Source: a virus
Taxonomy: Duplodnaviria > Caudoviricetes
Length of the DNA stretch: 38,037 nucleotides
Direction: 5' to 3' (one strand)
IMG/VR virus record: IMGVR_UViG_3300031228_000018
Location: 1-38,037 of that record
The position numbers and the translations under genes were made by a program. Below are positions 35,276 to 38,037 of this stretch, piece after piece. Each line of letters opens with the position of its first letter. Position 1 is the stretch's first letter. The notes beneath the pieces are model-generated. The model saw nothing but the letters and a program-made list of their open reading frames with translations, made no database searches and was not told the origin of the DNA.

Positions 35276-35613
35276 GACTGCCCCCGCGCTTTGGCGATGG
35301 CCGCGCGCATTCGTCTGGTCAGCGGCGCCCCCGGATTGGGGAAGTAGCCATTGGGACCAAGGTGCGAGACAAACGCCTCACTCACTTCCAGAAGCTCGCT
35401 GGCGGTCATTGCGAGCGGCACCCGTTTGAGCGCGGCGTAAACCTTGCACGTGATCTCGGTGGGGATGCTCAGGTCTTTATCGAGTTCCGTCATGATGAGA
35501 GCCGGCAACGGCGTATGCCCCGCGATAGGGATGCTGCTCTGCTGAGACTGCGCAGCAGGCTCAGGCCGTAGGCCAGCAGCCCGGACCTCCGAAGGAGGTA
35601 TCGCCCCCTTCAT
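35272..35613 (-). CDS. Hypothetical protein whose N-terminus is encoded by element copy F (antisense)
   Basis: ATGA-coupled start; ends ...RAAIAKARG. Confidence 0.65.
   Translation of the reverse strand: MKGAIPPSEVRAAGLRPEPAAQSQQSSIPIAGHTPLPALIMTELDKDLSIPTEITCKVYAALKRVPLAMTASELLEVSEAFVSHLGPNGYFPNPGAPLTRRMRAAIAKARGQS
35522..35606 (+). repeat. Structured dispersed element, copy F
   Basis: GCGAT-A-GGGATGCT-GCTCTG-CTGAGAC-TGC(GCA)GCA-GGCTCA-GGCC(GTA)GGCC-AGCAGCCC-GG-ACCTCC(GAA)GGAGGT-ATCGC-CC. Confidence 0.88.
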
Positions 35614-35693
35614 GCCACACCGCCCAGCAGCATCACGCCACCTATCACGATGAACGCGAGAACAATCGCGTGGGGGAGGTGGTATTTGATCAT
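35610..35693 (-). CDS. Very small membrane peptide (27 aa)
   Basis: MIKYHLPHAIVLAFIVIGGVMLLGGVA*; ATGA overlaps at both ends. Confidence 0.6.
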   Translation of the reverse strand: MIKYHLPHAIVLAFIVIGGVMLLGGVA

Positions 35694-36163
35694 AGGATGT
35701 GTCTCCAAGTATTCCGGGCGCGAACAAGGCGGATGCACTTCCGAGAAACACCGTAGTGCTTCGCGGCAGCGTATACGCTTAGTCCGCCTGTGCGGATTTC
35801 ACGCACTTTGGGCGTCGTTAGTTTGGCCTGACCGTGAGTTTCGCCGAAGCTGCCTCGCCCCTTCGCCAGCATATCGGCGGTGTTGTCTTTCGCGCTACCA
35901 GCGAACAGATGGGCGGGATTGACGCAGCTCGGGTTATCGCAAGAGTGGCAGACCAGCAGTGCGCCGGGGTGCTTCCCTTCGAACATCTCGTAAGCGACAC
36001 GGTGGGCGCGGTAACCGGCGCCCTGGATGTAGAAGTTCCCGTAGCCCTTGGCGTCACGGTAGCCCTGCCACAGCCAGCAGCCATTCTCGGCTACCAGTAC
36101 GCGGCGCATGAACCGCTGGCGGTCCTTGTCGGTCGGCGTGAATGAGGGGCGGGGCGATCTCAT
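35690..36163 (-). CDS. HNH homing-type endonuclease
   Basis: GCWLWQG...AHRVAYE...VCHSCDNPSCVNPAHLFAGSAKDN plus a C-terminal HTH; start probably ATG 36163. Confidence 0.92.
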   Translation of the reverse strand: MRSPRPSFTPTDKDRQRFMRRVLVAENGCWLWQGYRDAKGYGNFYIQGAGYRAHRVAYEMFEGKHPGALLVCHSCDNPSCVNPAHLFAGSAKDNTADMLAKGRGSFGETHGQAKLTTPKVREIRTGGLSVYAAAKHYGVSRKCIRLVRARNTWRHIL

Positions 36164-36171
36164 GCCCCTTA

Positions 36172-36254
36172 TTCGCACATGGCGAAAGGTATTGCAACAC
36201 CTAATTTCGCCCCGCGCGAAAAAAGAGGTTGCGGACGGGTTCGGGCTGTGCGAA
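36172..36254. promoter_or_regulatory. Divergent promoter region with three TTCGC-N5-GCGAA operators
   Basis: TTCGCACATGGCGAA 36172-36186, TTCGCCCCGCGCGAA 36206-36220, TTCGGGCTGTGCGAA 36240-36254; starts exactly 34 bp apart. Confidence 0.82.
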
Positions 36255-36262
36255 AAGACGGC

Positions 36263-36463
36263 ATGGCCAAACCCCTAACATATCCGGAACTCGCTAAGGC
36301 GGCTGGTATCAGCCAATCCTACGCCTTCGAGATCATCAATGACAAGCGCCGCCCGTCTTTGACGATGGCCCTGCAAATCTACGATGCGACCGGCCTGCAA
36401 TACGGCCCGCTCGATGGCCTCAACAAGCGCGACATAGACGCAGCACGAAAGATGGCAGCATGA
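36263..36463 (+). CDS. Cro-like HTH regulator
   Basis: LTYPELAKAAGISQSYAFEIINDKRRPSLTMALQIYDATG; first gene of the rightward operon. Confidence 0.88.
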   Translation: MAKPLTYPELAKAAGISQSYAFEIINDKRRPSLTMALQIYDATGLQYGPLDGLNKRDIDAARKMAA

Positions 36464-36548
36464 CCGACCGCCTCGCGTGGGTAATGCTCCTTCGCTGGCG
36501 TGCCCGAAAGCTGCGCATCGCGGGTTGGTCGCTGTTCCGGTGCCAAGC

Positions 36549-36671
36549 ATGACTCGCGCGTTTCTTGCCGCGATCAAGGTTCGCTCCATACTCCGGATCA
36601 ACGCGCGTCATTGGTGCGTGTCCGTGCCCGAGGCGGCGAACGACACGGCCGAACCGTGGAGTGCGGCATAG
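36549..36671 (+). CDS. Small hypothetical protein
   Basis: ATGA-coupled to a 30-aa ORF at 36460-36552 and abutting the next gene. Confidence 0.45.
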   Translation: MTRAFLAAIKVRSILRINARHWCVSVPEAANDTAEPWSAA

Positions 36672-37325
36672 GTGACTGTCGCGGCGCTCTATGTTGAGAC
36701 TGGCGGTTGCTACTTCGGCCTGCCCGATGTGGAGCCGTGGGATGAAGCCCGCGATGCTCGCGAGTACGCCGGCCCGCATCCCGTTGTCGCGCATCCGCCC
36801 TGCCAGCGGTGGGGCAAGTTGTGGGCCGGGCAACCGCTGTTCATCAAGCGCACTGGCGAGCGGAAAACCAAAGGCGACGACGGCGGCTGTTTCAAGAGCG
36901 CCCTCCGCACTATCCGCAAGTTCGGCGGCGTGATCGAACACCCGTGGGGATCGCACGCCTGGCCGCACTTCGGCTTCAACGTGCCACCGCGCTCCGGTGG
37001 CTGGATACGAGCCCATTGGCAGGGTTACTGGACCTGTTGCGTCGAGCAGGGACGCTACGGCCACTATGCCCGCAAGCCCACACTGCTGCTGGTCTATGGG
37101 GTCTCTCATAGAGACTTGCCCGAGCTGGATTGGGGCATCGGCGAGCGCCAGCTTGACCCGGCTGTTGTCGAGCGGATGGGCCTCAAGCGCGCCATCCGCC
37201 TCGGTGAGGTTGGCGGACGCGGCGGCGGGACCGACAGCGCCCCGCGCATCGGCACTCCGGAGCCCTTCCGCGATCTCCTGCTGAGCATAGCTCGCTCGGC
37301 TACCCGGCAAGCGGAGGCGGCATGA
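36672..37325 (+). CDS. Atypical C5-cytosine methyltransferase-like phage protein
   Basis: VVAHPPC (motif IV-like), VIEHP (ENV-like), RKPTLL; lacks a canonical FxGxG. Confidence 0.6.
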   Translation: MTVAALYVETGGCYFGLPDVEPWDEARDAREYAGPHPVVAHPPCQRWGKLWAGQPLFIKRTGERKTKGDDGGCFKSALRTIRKFGGVIEHPWGSHAWPHFGFNVPPRSGGWIRAHWQGYWTCCVEQGRYGHYARKPTLLLVYGVSHRDLPELDWGIGERQLDPAVVERMGLKRAIRLGEVGGRGGGTDSAPRIGTPEPFRDLLLSIARSATRQAEAA

Positions 37326-37612
37326 TTGGCCTCTCGCACTGCATAACTTGTGGTGAATCCTGGCACGGCGGCTTCGTCACCGGGCCGTGTGCATGGAGCG
37401 GCTGTCCCCTCGCGCATCACAACGACCCCGCGCGCCCCTATGATCCCGTAGCGCGGGAACCTCGTCACCGGGGCGCTCTGCCTCCCGGCTCTGCCCCGGT
37501 GGCGCTTTCCTCCAATTCGAATCACGCAAGCCCCTTTGCTGCGCAATCCACAGTTCGCAACGGCACTGCCGGGCTTGTGCCGCTGCGGGACAACTCTTGG
37601 AGGTGGGCATGA
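37322..37612 (+). CDS. Hypothetical protein
   Basis: CITC...C...C N-terminus; ATGA-coupled at both ends. Confidence 0.55.
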   Translation: MIGLSHCITCGESWHGGFVTGPCAWSGCPLAHHNDPARPYDPVAREPRHRGALPPGSAPVALSSNSNHASPFAAQSTVRNGTAGLVPLRDNSWRWA

Positions 37613-37758
37613 GACCCCTGGACGACCCCCTCTGGACCGATCCCGAGGACATCCAGCGCATGGAGGAAGCTCCCGACAGTGCGTCCGCAGCTCTTGTATG
37701 TGGAGGTATTGCTGTGTTGCTTGTTGGCGCCGGGTTGCTGGCGGCGGTGATCCGGTGA
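37609..37758 (+). CDS. Small membrane protein (49 aa)
   Basis: GGAGG ribosome-binding site; C-terminal hydrophobic segment ALVCGGIAVLLVGAGLLAAVIR. Confidence 0.6.
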   Translation: MRPLDDPLWTDPEDIQRMEEAPDSASAALVCGGIAVLLVGAGLLAAVIR

Positions 37759-38037
37759 GCGGGGCGCATCAGCCTTCGGCTGACCGGGCTGGCGGTCCTT
37801 CGGACCTGAGCCTCGCAAGCGAGTCTCAGCCAAAGGCGCTCATCCCTTGCGCGGACGATTACGAGCCCGAGTACGGCGACGATTATGACTTGGGCGACTG
37901 CTCGAATTGCGGTGGCGAGGGTTTCACCTACGGCTGCTCGTGGGACTGGCAGTGCGACACCTGGGATGGTGATTCCTGTCTCTGCACGCGCCCCTGCGAA
38001 TGGTGCCAGCCCCGCAGGCCTGACCCGGCACTACAAC
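37755..38037 (+). CDS. 5' part of the Cys-rich protein that continues at position 128 and stops at 330
   Basis: GTG in a GTGA overlap; the frame stays open through the terminal repeat. Confidence 0.75.
   Translation, partial: MSGAHQPSADRAGGPSDLSLASESQPKALIPCADDYEPEYGDDYDLGDCSNCGGEGFTYGCSWDWQCDTWDGDSCLCTRPCEWCQPRRPDPALQ
37762..37852 (-). repeat. Structured dispersed element, copy G
   Basis: Minus strand: GCGCA-A-GGGATG-AGC-GCC(TTT)GG-CTGAGAC-TCGCTTGCGA-GGCTCA-GGTCC(GAA)GGACC-GC-CAGCCC-GG-TCAGCC(GAA)GGCTGA-TGCGC-CC. Confidence 0.88.
37912..38037. repeat. Terminal direct repeat (assembly overlap), copy 2
   Basis: Identical to 2-127. Confidence 0.95.

Noticed and set aside
28799-37852. Elements as terminators, tRNAs or a CRISPR array
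   Set aside because: No U-tracts, no tRNA D/T-loop consensus, and the copies are dispersed and divergent rather than regularly spaced identical repeats.

Overview
The window looks like a complete circular genome (about 37.9 kb, GC-rich) of a P22-like short-tailed phage, probably infecting an alphaproteobacterium (host is inferred). The last 126 nt repeat positions 2-127, and one ORF reads cleanly across the junction. The layout is lambdoid. A rightward early operon starts at a Cro-like HTH gene (36263) and runs through three DNA methyltransferase-type genes, DUF1064, an HNH protein, a replication initiator and a Q-like gene. The late operon holds TerS/TerL, portal, scaffold, coat, a glycosyltransferase-methyltransferase fusion, tail and ejection proteins, a GH19 endolysin and spanins. 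A leftward early operon holds an HNH nuclease, ERF, YqaJ exonuclease, NinB, a Lar-like gene and many small genes. I found no integrase, CI repressor, tRNA or CRISPR array. The most striking signal is a family of seven dispersed 80-91 nt elements at gene borders in the early/accessory regions. Their sequences diverge but they share one multi-branched fold with compensatory base changes, two conserved A-G mismatches and mostly C-GNA-G triloops. They occur in both orientations and some form inverted pairs around accessory genes, suggesting a structured ssDNA element of unknown function. All product names come from motif recognition and gene order, not from database searches.
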